Source: Salinivirgaceae bacterium (GTDB lineage Bacteria > Bacteroidota > Bacteroidia > Bacteroidales > SZUA-534). Taken from it: 64,000 nt of DNA. The stretch is from the NCBI GenBank assembly GCA_024405635.1, contig JAKSOL010000007.1, positions 1-64,000 of the forward strand. Direction: 5' to 3'. Position 1 is the first letter of the stretch, and each line of letters starts with the position of its first letter. Below are positions 19,601 to 29,128 of this stretch, in pieces. A program made the translations under genes and the position numbers. A model generated the notes under the pieces. The model saw nothing but the letters and a program-made list of their open reading frames with translations, was not told where the DNA came from and ran no database searches.

Positions 19601-19822
19601 GAGAATATAGGAGCAAAATTACGATCTGGTTTAGCTTTATCAGCAATGGTTGATACTTACACATACGCACCTTTAGTGGGAATAACAACGCATATTGATT
19701 GCAGAGGAGCAAAACAGACGTATGAATACGATTCGGGAGGAAGATTGGTAAATATTTTTGAGCATAATGGTTCAAATAAATACCTATTGCAGCATTTTGA
19801 TTACAACTATTCAAACAAATAA
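16685..19822 (+). CDS. Bacteroidota YD/RHS-repeat protein without a toxin tip
   Basis: Signal peptide; PSP...YGEIPVGHTTGIPQIEVPLY, LTYHASG, GLGWVLNAGGMISR, SWYLTKI, GGLRV, and YTYAPLVGITT...YEYDSGGRL at the C-terminus. Confidence 0.82.
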   Translation: MRIMMQIRAIIIVVIFGILPFSNEAQQNLIKIPVTDVPSPYAAQFMRYGEIPVGHTTGIPQIEVPLYTIKTGVVDIPITLTYHASGFRVNDVASPAGLGWVLNAGGMISRTVMGAVDEQAIYSLGNVNTITTEEELNKVKNGEKLISGVDLSNSQNAEELNYLFFNTGDNPNCDERSDKYFYSFIGHVGNAQYNNKNVGEGLQTIPYEPLKFESIKNGYNVYFVVTDTKGVKYTFQDTEYNLNKTTNKGKVVGSWYLTKIVFPGIPDEVTFTYEEGTMYQVRTVEQVIRCVGGASVLWGETQERICKAPLYVGVEETYEEPKAYNQYVYNLISCKPKLLKEIKFKDVSVRFNYSKDRKDAQRKNVSEQLDRLTSVVVSNKQETIEEIKFNNNAYFGTQKENYRLKLTGIDFVKEGGKYTFTYNESLNAQLPQYYYYMSHVNCTEDFWGYWNGTSSEYVFHNGVIKKYENIIKRYVNGSDISKKTTSRLSSESHTKACILTDIKYPTKGKTHFEYSLNEGSFSPSNISNPNNKLGGLRVVSVKNYDENNLEKECKTYSYSDGRTIFSENALYFEDYFHNQTQLFDIYTELGINDACICGIIGKRHQLLDVYNFYSSPFCPLSGLGGTPVFYQTVTEYFGTSTSNNGSIEYNYGFNREERGSEYTWEGSHMPQSFIASIDCDYGYDKGQLISEIVLDASGNRKYSKEMNYSTFTNTIKTGLRLGLYVELDSKLESNNEDTDPYFAIGVYGGGSYYKSYVLQNIIGKQTFAYQTVKQPIKMVEKWYDDKGYTTIKTTEYAYCLKSNGSLTSSITGLLAVNNPLRTSVTNSNGSKYEDEVLLPCYYSYKSQSVYNEMCKNMMYEYPVTIQRKVDGMIKEYTDYSFQKFNNSFYAPISISQNGDKRIDCKNYDSRGNLIYAIKDGAQHIVCIYSYNYSYPVFKIEGATLAQVEKIISQNGYSSVENLGASYPTATTIENIGAKLRSGLALSAMVDTYTYAPLVGITTHIDCRGAKQTYEYDSGGRLVNIFEHNGSNKYLLQHFDYNYSNK

Positions 19823-19826
19823 TGGC

Positions 19827-22800
19827 ATGAAACAAATCCTTACAACAATAATTGTTGCATTGGCGTTTTTTGCCAATGCTCAAAGTTATAGCACATTAGC
19901 ACCAACAACGAGTTTGAATTATATTGTTAAAGTTGTTCCAAGAGTTCAAATGTCTACAGTTAATAGTGCTACATCGCAAAATTCAACCATATCTGTTGAT
20001 TATTACGATGGATTAGGTCGACCTAAACAAACTGTGTTAGTTGCGGGTTCTTCAACAACTGCTGATTTGGTTTCAACAATTGTTTACAACAAGTTTGGGC
20101 AAGTATCTACTGAATGGTTACCAACTCCTTCATCTACTTGTTCTGGGGCTTATTGTTCAGGCTTCAATACTCGTGCAATCTCAGCATACTCTAACTCACA
20201 ACCATCTACGCGTCACGAATATGAAAATTCACCATTAGCACGACCTATAAAAGATTATTTACCGGGGACTGAAATGGCATCGAACCCATCAAGTATCGAC
20301 TATGTAGCCAACAATGAAATGAACGTAATTAAGTACAAGTTAAATTCAACATCAACAGTTTCTCAAGATGGTTATTACGACAATGGTGTACTTGAAGTGA
20401 AATTAATAAAAGACGAAGATGGCAATTCAAAATACATATTTACCGATTTGATGGGGCAAGTTGTGTTGGAGCGTCAAATAAATGGCAATCAAAAACTTGA
20501 TACTTATTATGTATATGACATAAAAAGCAATTTATGCGTTGTATTGCCACCAAATAGTAATGTAAGCAATCAAGCTACTACAGCTTATATTTACAAATAT
20601 GACAAAAGAAACCGTTGTACTTATAAAAAGGTTCCTGGGGCTGACTATATTTCGTATGTTTATAATAGTAGCGATTTGTTGACCTACTCTCAAGATGGTA
20701 ACCAACGAAAAAGGGGAGTTTATACATATTACGTTTACGATAAATTTAATCGTGTTATTGAACAAGGCGAATGTACTAGTACTTCGCGTGCAAATGCAAA
20801 ACTCATGATTAAAACATATTACGACACATACCAGTTCCTTGCTGAAACTGAATTCAGAAGTTTCTCAAATTCATCGTCAGTTAATACTCAAGGCTTAATG
20901 TTAGGAAAGAAAATTTGTGAGCTCGAAACAGGTAAATGGCAATATGAAGTTTACTATTACGATTACCGAGGTCGATTGATAAAAACAGCTGAAAAGGACA
21001 AGTATGGTAACATGAGAACATATACCACGACGTATAATTTTGCCGACCAACCAACAAAAGTATTAGAAGATCATACTTCGCGTACAATAAGTAAAACTAC
21101 CACATACTCATACAATAACCTTGGCCGTATAACCAACGAATACACAACCCTAAAACAAAACAACACAACCAAAGCCACTGCGCAAGTATCATACTCATAC
21201 AATAACGTAGGCCGATTGGCTAGCAAAACACTAGGCACAACAAACAAAATTGCAGTTAACTACACTTATAACACACAGGGACAGCTACTTACAATAAAAA
21301 GTACACCTTTTTCGCAGGAGTTGCGATACAACACCTACGCATACGCTACCAAATACTACAACGGCAACATATCGTCAATACAGTACCAACATAGTGGTCA
21401 ATCGTCAAATTGTTTTACCTTTGGATACGACAACCTAAACCGATTGACAAGCAACATGAAGCACGAGGCTAGCTCTTCAACCACACCAAACTCGCGCAAC
21501 AAACTTACCGAGACCGGCTTTACCTACGATGTAATGGGTAACATTACCAAATTTACCCGCTACGATGTTTACGAAGCAGCCAACACTTACACACTGACAT
21601 ACAACACCTGCAATCAACTAACCAAAGCAACAAACACCAAAGGAAAAACCTACACATTTAGTTACGACCAAAACGGCAACGCACTAAACACAACAAACGG
21701 ACTAACCTTAACTTACAACATACTAAACTTGCCATATCAAGCCAAAAGTGGTAGCACACTTAAATACCAATACAACTACCTAGCCGATGGTCGTAAAACT
21801 GAATACATTAATGATAAAAACAACGCCGCAGGCCGAGCCTACCACGGTAGCATAGTTTACAACATGTACCAAGGACAATTTTCGTTTGAGAGTACCGACT
21901 TTGCAGGCGGGCGCATAACTGGCAACTACGCAGTGCAATACCACATAACCGACCACTTAGGCAACGTGCGCACCGTGCTTAACAACTCAATGACCATACT
22001 AGAACAAAACGACTACTATCCGTTTGGCCAACGCCACCCAAACCCCGCCATGAAAACCACCACCAACCGCTACCGCTACAACAGCAAAGAGCAACTCACC
22101 GAGGTTGAAGTCATTGACTACGGTGCCCGCCTCTACAGCGCCGAACTTTGCCGCTGGCTACAAGTGGACCCTTTGGCAGATTGTTCAAAGCAGATTAGTT
22201 TTTCACCATATGCTTTTTCTGCTAATAGCCCTATTAGATATATAGACCCAACAGGAATGATTTGGAAAGATCCCCAAGAGGCAAATGTGTTAACAAGCAG
22301 AATAAATGATAGGATAAAGGCAATAAAAATTAATAACCAAAAATATGAAGCTATAATTAATGAAGGAGGATTGAGTGACAAAAAGTTAGCTAAGATAGAA
22401 ATGCGAATTAGTGAGAATAATAACAAACTAGATTTGCTTAATCAATCTCTGGAAGACATTGAAATAATTGGAAATTCCACTGAAACATTTAAACTCGCAG
22501 GACCAAGTGAAAGTGATGGAACTCATGGCGTTGTTCGAGGTTCGGAAGGTGTTATTAAAATAGAGGGAAGCACTGTAGGACTTCATATACACGAAATTAG
22601 ACATGTAGGGCAATCTATTAAATCGAGAGGATTGAGGTTTAATTCTGATGGTAGATTGCTTAATTCAGGAAAAAACCAAACCCAACAAATATTTAACGAA
22701 ATAGAAGCATATCAAGTTCAATATTCTTACGATGGCTCATTTCCAGGAACTGCTTCTTCATTGAATGATATTAATGAGAAATCTCTGATGAATATTAAAT

Positions 22801-22844
22801 TTAGTAATGGCACATCTGTTTATAAAAGTATTATAGGTTATTAA
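19827..22844 (+). CDS. RHS repeat-associated core protein (DUF6443-like N-terminus) with a C-terminal HExxH toxin domain
   Basis: Signal peptide MKQIL..ANAQ; YYDGLGRPKQ; DHLGNVR, DYYPFG, YNSKE, DYGAR, DPLA, PIRYIDPTG cleavage motif; the tip has HEIRH. Confidence 0.9.
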   Translation: MKQILTTIIVALAFFANAQSYSTLAPTTSLNYIVKVVPRVQMSTVNSATSQNSTISVDYYDGLGRPKQTVLVAGSSTTADLVSTIVYNKFGQVSTEWLPTPSSTCSGAYCSGFNTRAISAYSNSQPSTRHEYENSPLARPIKDYLPGTEMASNPSSIDYVANNEMNVIKYKLNSTSTVSQDGYYDNGVLEVKLIKDEDGNSKYIFTDLMGQVVLERQINGNQKLDTYYVYDIKSNLCVVLPPNSNVSNQATTAYIYKYDKRNRCTYKKVPGADYISYVYNSSDLLTYSQDGNQRKRGVYTYYVYDKFNRVIEQGECTSTSRANAKLMIKTYYDTYQFLAETEFRSFSNSSSVNTQGLMLGKKICELETGKWQYEVYYYDYRGRLIKTAEKDKYGNMRTYTTTYNFADQPTKVLEDHTSRTISKTTTYSYNNLGRITNEYTTLKQNNTTKATAQVSYSYNNVGRLASKTLGTTNKIAVNYTYNTQGQLLTIKSTPFSQELRYNTYAYATKYYNGNISSIQYQHSGQSSNCFTFGYDNLNRLTSNMKHEASSSTTPNSRNKLTETGFTYDVMGNITKFTRYDVYEAANTYTLTYNTCNQLTKATNTKGKTYTFSYDQNGNALNTTNGLTLTYNILNLPYQAKSGSTLKYQYNYLADGRKTEYINDKNNAAGRAYHGSIVYNMYQGQFSFESTDFAGGRITGNYAVQYHITDHLGNVRTVLNNSMTILEQNDYYPFGQRHPNPAMKTTTNRYRYNSKEQLTEVEVIDYGARLYSAELCRWLQVDPLADCSKQISFSPYAFSANSPIRYIDPTGMIWKDPQEANVLTSRINDRIKAIKINNQKYEAIINEGGLSDKKLAKIEMRISENNNKLDLLNQSLEDIEIIGNSTETFKLAGPSESDGTHGVVRGSEGVIKIEGSTVGLHIHEIRHVGQSIKSRGLRFNSDGRLLNSGKNQTQQIFNEIEAYQVQYSYDGSFPGTASSLNDINEKSLMNIKFSNGTSVYKSIIGY

Positions 22845-22856
22845 ACATAATATGAA

Positions 22857-23585
22857 ATGAGAAGACTATTGATGGCGATACTAGCGGCAACTTTAGTTGG
22901 TTGCACTATAATTAAGATTAATTCTGGTAATAAGAATTTAGCAGGCGAATATTTTTTGAATAGCAATCTACTATATCAAGCATTATCTGAAAATAATTAT
23001 TCTAGTTTGGAACTTAATAGTAACGGAACATATACTTTAAACAAGGCTAAAGTGTCTTTTACACCAGTAATAGAGCAATGTGATATTGCTTCATCAGGAA
23101 AATGGTCGTATGTTTCAAATAATGTACTCGAAATTACAAGTGAGAATTTTGAACTAAAACAAAAAGGATTTGAATATGAAATAATACAAGAAAATAAATT
23201 ATCGAAAGATAGTTTATATTTCATAATTAAATTTCCTTCAGACTATCATCCATTTAAAATGGAACTTTGTTTCAATTATTCCAATTATGCTGAATTTGAA
23301 GACACTATTATAGCATTGCCAAAATCTAAATACATATTCAAAATAAGTAATCGTAATCATATAGATTTACGTTTGTACTCTATACCAGGTATGGTAAATC
23401 ATAAAAGCAGACTATCTTATACAATATTTGAAGAAAACTTTGAAACGGAGAAATACAATTTTTATACTATAGAATTACCATACTTTGACCGTTGTTTTAT
23501 TGAATTTGAGCCATACTATAAGGAACTGATATACATTAAAAATGATAAACAATTATTGTGGCATGGTGAATGTTGGGAAAAATAG
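22857..23585 (+). CDS. Putative immunity lipoprotein for the primary Rhs tip
   Basis: Directly downstream of the toxin; lipobox LVGC. Confidence 0.65.
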   Translation: MRRLLMAILAATLVGCTIIKINSGNKNLAGEYFLNSNLLYQALSENNYSSLELNSNGTYTLNKAKVSFTPVIEQCDIASSGKWSYVSNNVLEITSENFELKQKGFEYEIIQENKLSKDSLYFIIKFPSDYHPFKMELCFNYSNYAEFEDTIIALPKSKYIFKISNRNHIDLRLYSIPGMVNHKSRLSYTIFEENFETEKYNFYTIELPYFDRCFIEFEPYYKELIYIKNDKQLLWHGECWEK

Positions 23586-23673
23586 GCTACATTTATTTGT
23601 TACTACTCAAATAAATAAAGAATTATATTCTCTTTAGTTATAAAGATTAATGTAATTATCTAATAATCACCTA

Positions 23674-24611
23674 AATACCACATAACCGACCACCTAGGCA
23701 ATGTGCGCACCGTGCTAAACAACTCAATGACCATACTAGAACAAAACGACTACTATCCGTTTGGCCAACGCCACCCAAACCCCGCCATGAAAACCACCAC
23801 CAACCGCTACCGCTACAACAGCAAAGAGCAACTCACCGAGGTTGAAGTCATTGACTACGGTGCCCGCCTCTACAGCGCCGAACTTTGCCGCTGGCTACAA
23901 GTGGACCCTTTGGCGGAGAAAAACCACAATTTTACACCGTACCATTTCTGCCACGCAAATCCAATTGTTAGAGTGGATAATAATGGAATGACAGACTACA
24001 CTTTTAACAAAATAACAGGCGAAGTACACCAAGTTGGCATGGCTAATAATGAACTAGATAGAGTGCTACGAACAAACAAACAAGGTGAAATTAAGTACAA
24101 AAGAAATGGCGAAGCCAAAGTGGATATTGACGGAATAGAGAAAGGCATATTGAAGGAAGGCCAAAACTTTAAAACCCAAGACCAAATTATAGAAGTAGGC
24201 GCCGAAAACCAACCAACTGAAAATGGAGTAAAAAACTTTGTATTGCAAATGTCAGAGTATTTGGGGAAAGAGATAAGAGGTCTATCGTATTCCGCTGATG
24301 GAGTTGCGAATGTTTCTCATATGATAATTGGTCATTATTCGGGTAATACATATAATACATCAAAAGGAACAACATTATTAAGAACTTTATTTTCAATTGA
24401 TAATTCCACAAATTATTCTTTTGTAATGAATATGTTCCATACCCATCCCGATGGAAAGCTTGGACTAACATATACTAACCCACAACTATCAAAAGATGTT
24501 GAAGAACTTAATCGTAGAAAAGGAGGTTTTCCTAATGCAAATTTTTTTATCATTTATAGAAACGATGGGAAAATAGATATTTATGATTACACACACGAAT
24601 ATAGACCCTAA
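23674..24611 (+). CDS. Orphan Rhs core fragment + toxin tip 2 (JAB/MPN-like, HTH motif)
   Basis: 23674-23914 duplicates 21937-22177; PIVRVDNNG junction; the tip has FHTHPDG...SKD. ORF opens at GTG 23703. Confidence 0.78.
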
Positions 24612-24612
24612 C

Positions 24613-25071
24613 ATGAATAGATTTATTATTAGCATAATAGTATTACTTATTCTTAACACAAATCTTTATTCTCAAAACGAAACTGTAAAAGTGAAAATTA
24701 TTGATGAAGAAGAGCTTGAAGCCCTACCCGGTGTGAGAATTCAAGTTAATGACTCTATTATAGGGCAAACTAATTTAAAAGGAGAGTTTGAAATACCTTT
24801 TATTCCAAATGAACTGACTATTGGTGATTTAGGACTTGAAGATGCTATTATTAAGAACAGTTGCAACAATCTTGAAATTGTAATGCTGGGTGATTATACC
24901 TACGATTTCATATCGTTGAAAAAAGTCGATCGTCTTCGAATGAAAAGATTCAAGCAATTGCCCAAATTGCACAAACAAGCTTACGAAAAAGGCATCTTTA
25001 AAACCGAACAGCCTTGCTACACTCGCGAGTTTATTCCATATTACAAAGGCAAGAAAAAGAAAGCAGAATAA
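24613..25071 (+). CDS. Putative immunity protein (signal peptide, carboxypeptidase-regulatory-like domain)
   Basis: MNRFII..LYSQ signal; VKIID..EALPGVRI...TNLKGEF motif; follows tip 2. Confidence 0.62.
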   Translation: MNRFIISIIVLLILNTNLYSQNETVKVKIIDEEELEALPGVRIQVNDSIIGQTNLKGEFEIPFIPNELTIGDLGLEDAIIKNSCNNLEIVMLGDYTYDFISLKKVDRLRMKRFKQLPKLHKQAYEKGIFKTEQPCYTREFIPYYKGKKKKAE

Positions 25072-25084
25072 CCCCAACCCCGCC

Positions 25085-25792
25085 ATGAAAACCACCACCA
25101 ACCGCTACCGCTACAACAGCAAAGAGCAACTCACCGAGGTTGAAGCCATTGACTACGGTGCCCGCCAATACAGCACCGAACTTTGCCGCTGGCTACAAGT
25201 GGACCCTTTGGCAGAGAAATACAAAAGCCTTAGCAGCTATAACTTCTGCGCCAATAACCCTTTGAAGTTTGTGGATGTGGATGGAAGGAAAATTGTTTTC
25301 GCAAGTAGTTCCTCTAATGAGTTTAAAGCGGCATTTGCAAAGGCTGTGCAATATTTAAATAGTCATGGTGCGGGTGGAATGATGGCCAAATTAGAAAAAT
25401 CAGATAAGACTTATTATTTGTCGATTGATGATGGTCGTGGTGATCGCTTCAATGTTAAAGAAAAAACTATTTATTGGAACCCAACAAAAGCCATTTTGAC
25501 AACAAAAGGACAGGAATTGTCACCAACAACTATCTTAAACCATGAAATTGATCATGCATTACAATATGATAAAAATCCTAAACAATTTAGGATTGACACC
25601 AAAACAAAAGACGAACAATATGAAAACAAGGAAGAAAAACGTGTTATAACAGGTTCGGAACAAGAAACCGCAAAAAAACTTGGAGAAATAAAGGAGGGAG
25701 AAGTTACACGAGAAGATCACAGAGGAACATTATATGAAACCAAGAGTCCAATTTCAACAGATTGGAAATATGAAATTATTGTTAACCCATAA
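25085..25792 (+). CDS. Orphan Rhs core fragment + toxin tip 3 (HExxH zinc metallopeptidase, M91/NleD-like)
   Basis: Core MKTTTNRYRYNSKE..DVDGR; the tip has IYWNP, SPTTILNHEIDHA, NKEEKRVITG. Confidence 0.8.
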   Translation: MKTTTNRYRYNSKEQLTEVEAIDYGARQYSTELCRWLQVDPLAEKYKSLSSYNFCANNPLKFVDVDGRKIVFASSSSNEFKAAFAKAVQYLNSHGAGGMMAKLEKSDKTYYLSIDDGRGDRFNVKEKTIYWNPTKAILTTKGQELSPTTILNHEIDHALQYDKNPKQFRIDTKTKDEQYENKEEKRVITGSEQETAKKLGEIKEGEVTREDHRGTLYETKSPISTDWKYEIIVNP

Positions 25793-25801
25793 GAGAATAA
25801 T

Positions 25802-26242
25802 ATGAATAATACTACTAGCACAATGGCTTTGCTTCTATTTGCAATATCTTTTACATTTATCTCATGTCAATCTTTACAAAGTAAAGTTCAAAAAGACACA
25901 AATAAAAAATTAGAAGAAATATGGATTAAGGCAATGGACTTTGAAACTGTTACCTGTATATCTATTTTATGTGACAAGTTCGAAGACGAAGCATTTGGCC
26001 AATATCAATCAATTACAGATACAATAGTAATCAATGAACTTATAGATATATTGTCTAATATGCACCAAATTGAACCTATTAATTTTGATATAGATACTCG
26101 TGCAAGAATAAAACTCATTTCCAAAAATGACACAAATACAATATGTATTGGTAGTCTTATTTTGGATTATAATTTAAAATTTTATGATACCCCCAAATCA
26201 TTAATTGATTTTATAGAGAAATATGTGGATATAGAAGAGTAG
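25802..26242 (+). CDS. Putative immunity lipoprotein
   Basis: Lipobox FISC; follows tip 3. Confidence 0.62.
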   Translation: MNNTTSTMALLLFAISFTFISCQSLQSKVQKDTNKKLEEIWIKAMDFETVTCISILCDKFEDEAFGQYQSITDTIVINELIDILSNMHQIEPINFDIDTRARIKLISKNDTNTICIGSLILDYNLKFYDTPKSLIDFIEKYVDIEE

Positions 26243-27759
26243 TGTGTTTTACCTTTGGATACGACAACCTAAACCGATTGACAAGCAACATGAAGCACGA
26301 GGCTAGCTCTTCAACCACACCAAACTCGCGCAACAAACTTACCGAGACCGGCTTTACCTACGATGTAATGGGTAACATTACCAAATTTACCCGCTACGAT
26401 GTTTACGAAGCAGCCAACACTTACACACTGACATACAACACCTGCAATCAACTAACCAAAGCAACAAACACCAAAGGAAAAACCTACACATTTAGTTACG
26501 ACCAAAACGGCAACGCACTAAACACAACAAACGGACTAACCTTAACTTACAACATACTAAACTTGCCATATCAAGCCAAAAGTGGTAGCACACTTAAATA
26601 CCAATACAACTACCTAGCCGATGGTCGTAAAACTGAATACATTAATGATAAAAACAACGCCGCAGGCCGAGCCTACCACGGTAGCATAGTTTACAACATG
26701 TACCAAGGACAATTTTCGTTTGAGAGTACCGACTTTGCAGGCGGGCGCATAACTGGCAACTACGCAGTGCAATACCACATAACCGACCACTTAGGCAACG
26801 TGCGCACCGTGCTTAACAACTCAATGACCATACTAGAACAAAACGACTACTATCCGTTTGGCCAACGCCACCCAAACCCCGCCATGAAAACCACCACCAA
26901 CCGCTACCGCTACAACAGCAAAGAGCAACTCACCGAGGTTGAAGCCATTGACTACGGTGCCCGCCAATACAGCGCCGAACTTTGCCACTGGCTACAAATA
27001 GATCCACACGCAGAGAGCTATTACCATGAATCCCCGTTTGCTTACGTAGAGAATAATCCCATTAGCAGGATAGACCCTGACGGAAGGGATTGGAAGATAT
27101 CATCAAGTACTGATGAATATGGTGTAACACATGTTAATATTACAGTTACAGGTGTCTTGTATAATAACTCTTCCAACAGTACAATTGATATGAAAAAACT
27201 GAATGCAGAAATTACCAAACAGATAAATGACACATACAGTTTTTCAGACAAAAATTTTAATATTAAGATGAACGCCGATATTAGAGTCGTTACGTCCGTA
27301 GATGATATTAGCAAATCAGACCATGTTTTTCAAGTTGTAGACCAAAGTTCTTTGGGTAAAAATGTTCTTGCGAATGCTACTCTGAATGGATTAAATATCA
27401 GGTTGGGTTCAAATCTTGTCAATGATGTACTGTCAGGGGCTAATACCCGAACTGTTTCTCACGAGTTAGGGCACACAGGAGGTTTGTACGATGCTAATTT
27501 GAACAATTCGTTAAATGTGAATTTGTCGAATAATTTGATGACACAAACTGCAAAGATTCAATCTTTAGGAGTTAAAGACATAAACACTGCCAAAAATATA
27601 GAACAATCACAGTTTAATTCAATTGTTAAAAGCTATGACGCAGGTTCTCTAAATCAACATTCGCCGATATCACATAGTTTAAGATTAGGGTTTGTTCCAG
27701 GAACAAAATTTACGATGCCAATGGTTTATCCATATTTCAAAAAAGTATTAGCAAAATGA
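26242..27759 (+). CDS. Orphan Rhs (long core copy) + toxin tip 4 (HExxH metallopeptidase)
   Basis: 26245-26997 nearly identical to 21411-22163; PISRIDPDGR junction; the tip has TVSHELGHTGGL...NNLM. Confidence 0.82.
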   Translation: MCFTFGYDNLNRLTSNMKHEASSSTTPNSRNKLTETGFTYDVMGNITKFTRYDVYEAANTYTLTYNTCNQLTKATNTKGKTYTFSYDQNGNALNTTNGLTLTYNILNLPYQAKSGSTLKYQYNYLADGRKTEYINDKNNAAGRAYHGSIVYNMYQGQFSFESTDFAGGRITGNYAVQYHITDHLGNVRTVLNNSMTILEQNDYYPFGQRHPNPAMKTTTNRYRYNSKEQLTEVEAIDYGARQYSAELCHWLQIDPHAESYYHESPFAYVENNPISRIDPDGRDWKISSSTDEYGVTHVNITVTGVLYNNSSNSTIDMKKLNAEITKQINDTYSFSDKNFNIKMNADIRVVTSVDDISKSDHVFQVVDQSSLGKNVLANATLNGLNIRLGSNLVNDVLSGANTRTVSHELGHTGGLYDANLNNSLNVNLSNNLMTQTAKIQSLGVKDINTAKNIEQSQFNSIVKSYDAGSLNQHSPISHSLRLGFVPGTKFTMPMVYPYFKKVLAK

Positions 27760-28214
27760 AAATATCATATAGAACTTTATTTTTTCTTTTCATTATGACC
27801 TTATTATCGTGTCATTTATTGATTGATGAATCTAAAGTAGAAGATAATGGATGTTGGGTAAAACTGAAAGAAGGAGAGAGTATTGACGGATATACACGTA
27901 GTGGCAATTTAATTTTTGGAGGCTATTTAGATTCACTTGTTTATTACCCTTCAATGTCAAAAGTGGATGTACAAACGTTTGAAGTTTGTGTGGGAAGCGG
28001 CTATGCTAGGGACAAGAAACGAGTTTTTTACCCTATTAAAATTACGTGTATTGATGCAACGACACATGGAGGATGTTACTTTGAAGAATATACTGTGAAA
28101 AGTGCCGATCCGAAATCATTTAAATACTTACATGACGGTTACGCAATAGATGGGAAAAAAATGTATCTTGATGGGAAGAAAATAAAATGGCAAGAAGGAG
28201 TATTGAAAAAATAA
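27756..28214 (+). CDS. Putative immunity lipoprotein, DKNYY-like repeat
   Basis: Lipobox LLSC; VDVQTFEV..YARDKKRVFY and ADPKSFKYL..GYAIDGKKMY; overlaps the tip 4 stop. Confidence 0.68.
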   Translation: MKISYRTLFFLFIMTLLSCHLLIDESKVEDNGCWVKLKEGESIDGYTRSGNLIFGGYLDSLVYYPSMSKVDVQTFEVCVGSGYARDKKRVFYPIKITCIDATTHGGCYFEEYTVKSADPKSFKYLHDGYAIDGKKMYLDGKKIKWQEGVLKK

Positions 28215-28300
28215 CCAAACAACATACTATTTTAATTTTATCGGTTATTTAAGTTTACCACATCACCATTTTTCATATTCAACGCCACCCAAACCCCGCC

Positions 28301-29128
28301 ATGAAAACCACCACCAACCGCTACCGCTACAACAGCAAAGAGCAACTCACCGAGGTTGAAGCCATTGACTACGGTGCCCGCCAATACAGCACCGAACTTT
28401 GCCGCTGGCTACAAGTGGACCCTTTGGCAGAGAAATACAAAAGCCTTAGCAGCTATAACTTCTGCGCCAATAACCCTTTGAAGTTTGTGGATGTGGATGG
28501 AAGAGAAGTTAAACCTACAAGTGTTGCAGAATTAGTAATGATTCAAAATACCTTACCTAAAGAAGCCCGAAAATATGTTGCATTAGACAACAAAGGGTTA
28601 ATTGATAAAGGTTTAATAAATTCACATACTAGTGTAAGTCAAAATTATAACAACCTTAAATCTTTGGTTAATTCAAATAGAGTCGTAGAAGTTGTGCTTG
28701 ATGACAAATTCAAATACATTGGGAAAGACGGAGTGTGTGGAACTGAAACGATGCAACATTCTTATTTTGATCCACAATGGGATACAGAAGATGATAAAGA
28801 CATATATGGACAAACAATGGCTGGCACTTCTACAGGAGAAAGTGGATTCTTGGGCAAAACGTTATTTCCCGACAATGAAGGACTACAAAATTCTATTAGC
28901 AATAATATTGTAGTTATTGTAAATAAAAACTTGTCAGCAAAAGCTGCCGCTGAAATATATAGCCATGAAGCTAATGGACATGCCTTATTGTATATACTAA
29001 ATGGTGGAGATCATAATGGAGCAAGTCATCAAACGCAAAAATGTGGTTTAACAGAATTGAATGTTCGTCTAAAAGAAATGATACTGCAATCAAAACAAGA
29101 AACAATATTTAACATGCAAGAGAAATGA
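28301..29128 (+). CDS. Orphan Rhs core fragment + toxin tip 5 (HExxxH metalloenzyme-like)
   Basis: Core identical to that of tip 3 through DVDGR; the tip has YSHEANGHA. Confidence 0.78.
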   Translation: MKTTTNRYRYNSKEQLTEVEAIDYGARQYSTELCRWLQVDPLAEKYKSLSSYNFCANNPLKFVDVDGREVKPTSVAELVMIQNTLPKEARKYVALDNKGLIDKGLINSHTSVSQNYNNLKSLVNSNRVVEVVLDDKFKYIGKDGVCGTETMQHSYFDPQWDTEDDKDIYGQTMAGTSTGESGFLGKTLFPDNEGLQNSISNNIVVIVNKNLSAKAAAEIYSHEANGHALLYILNGGDHNGASHQTQKCGLTELNVRLKEMILQSKQETIFNMQEK

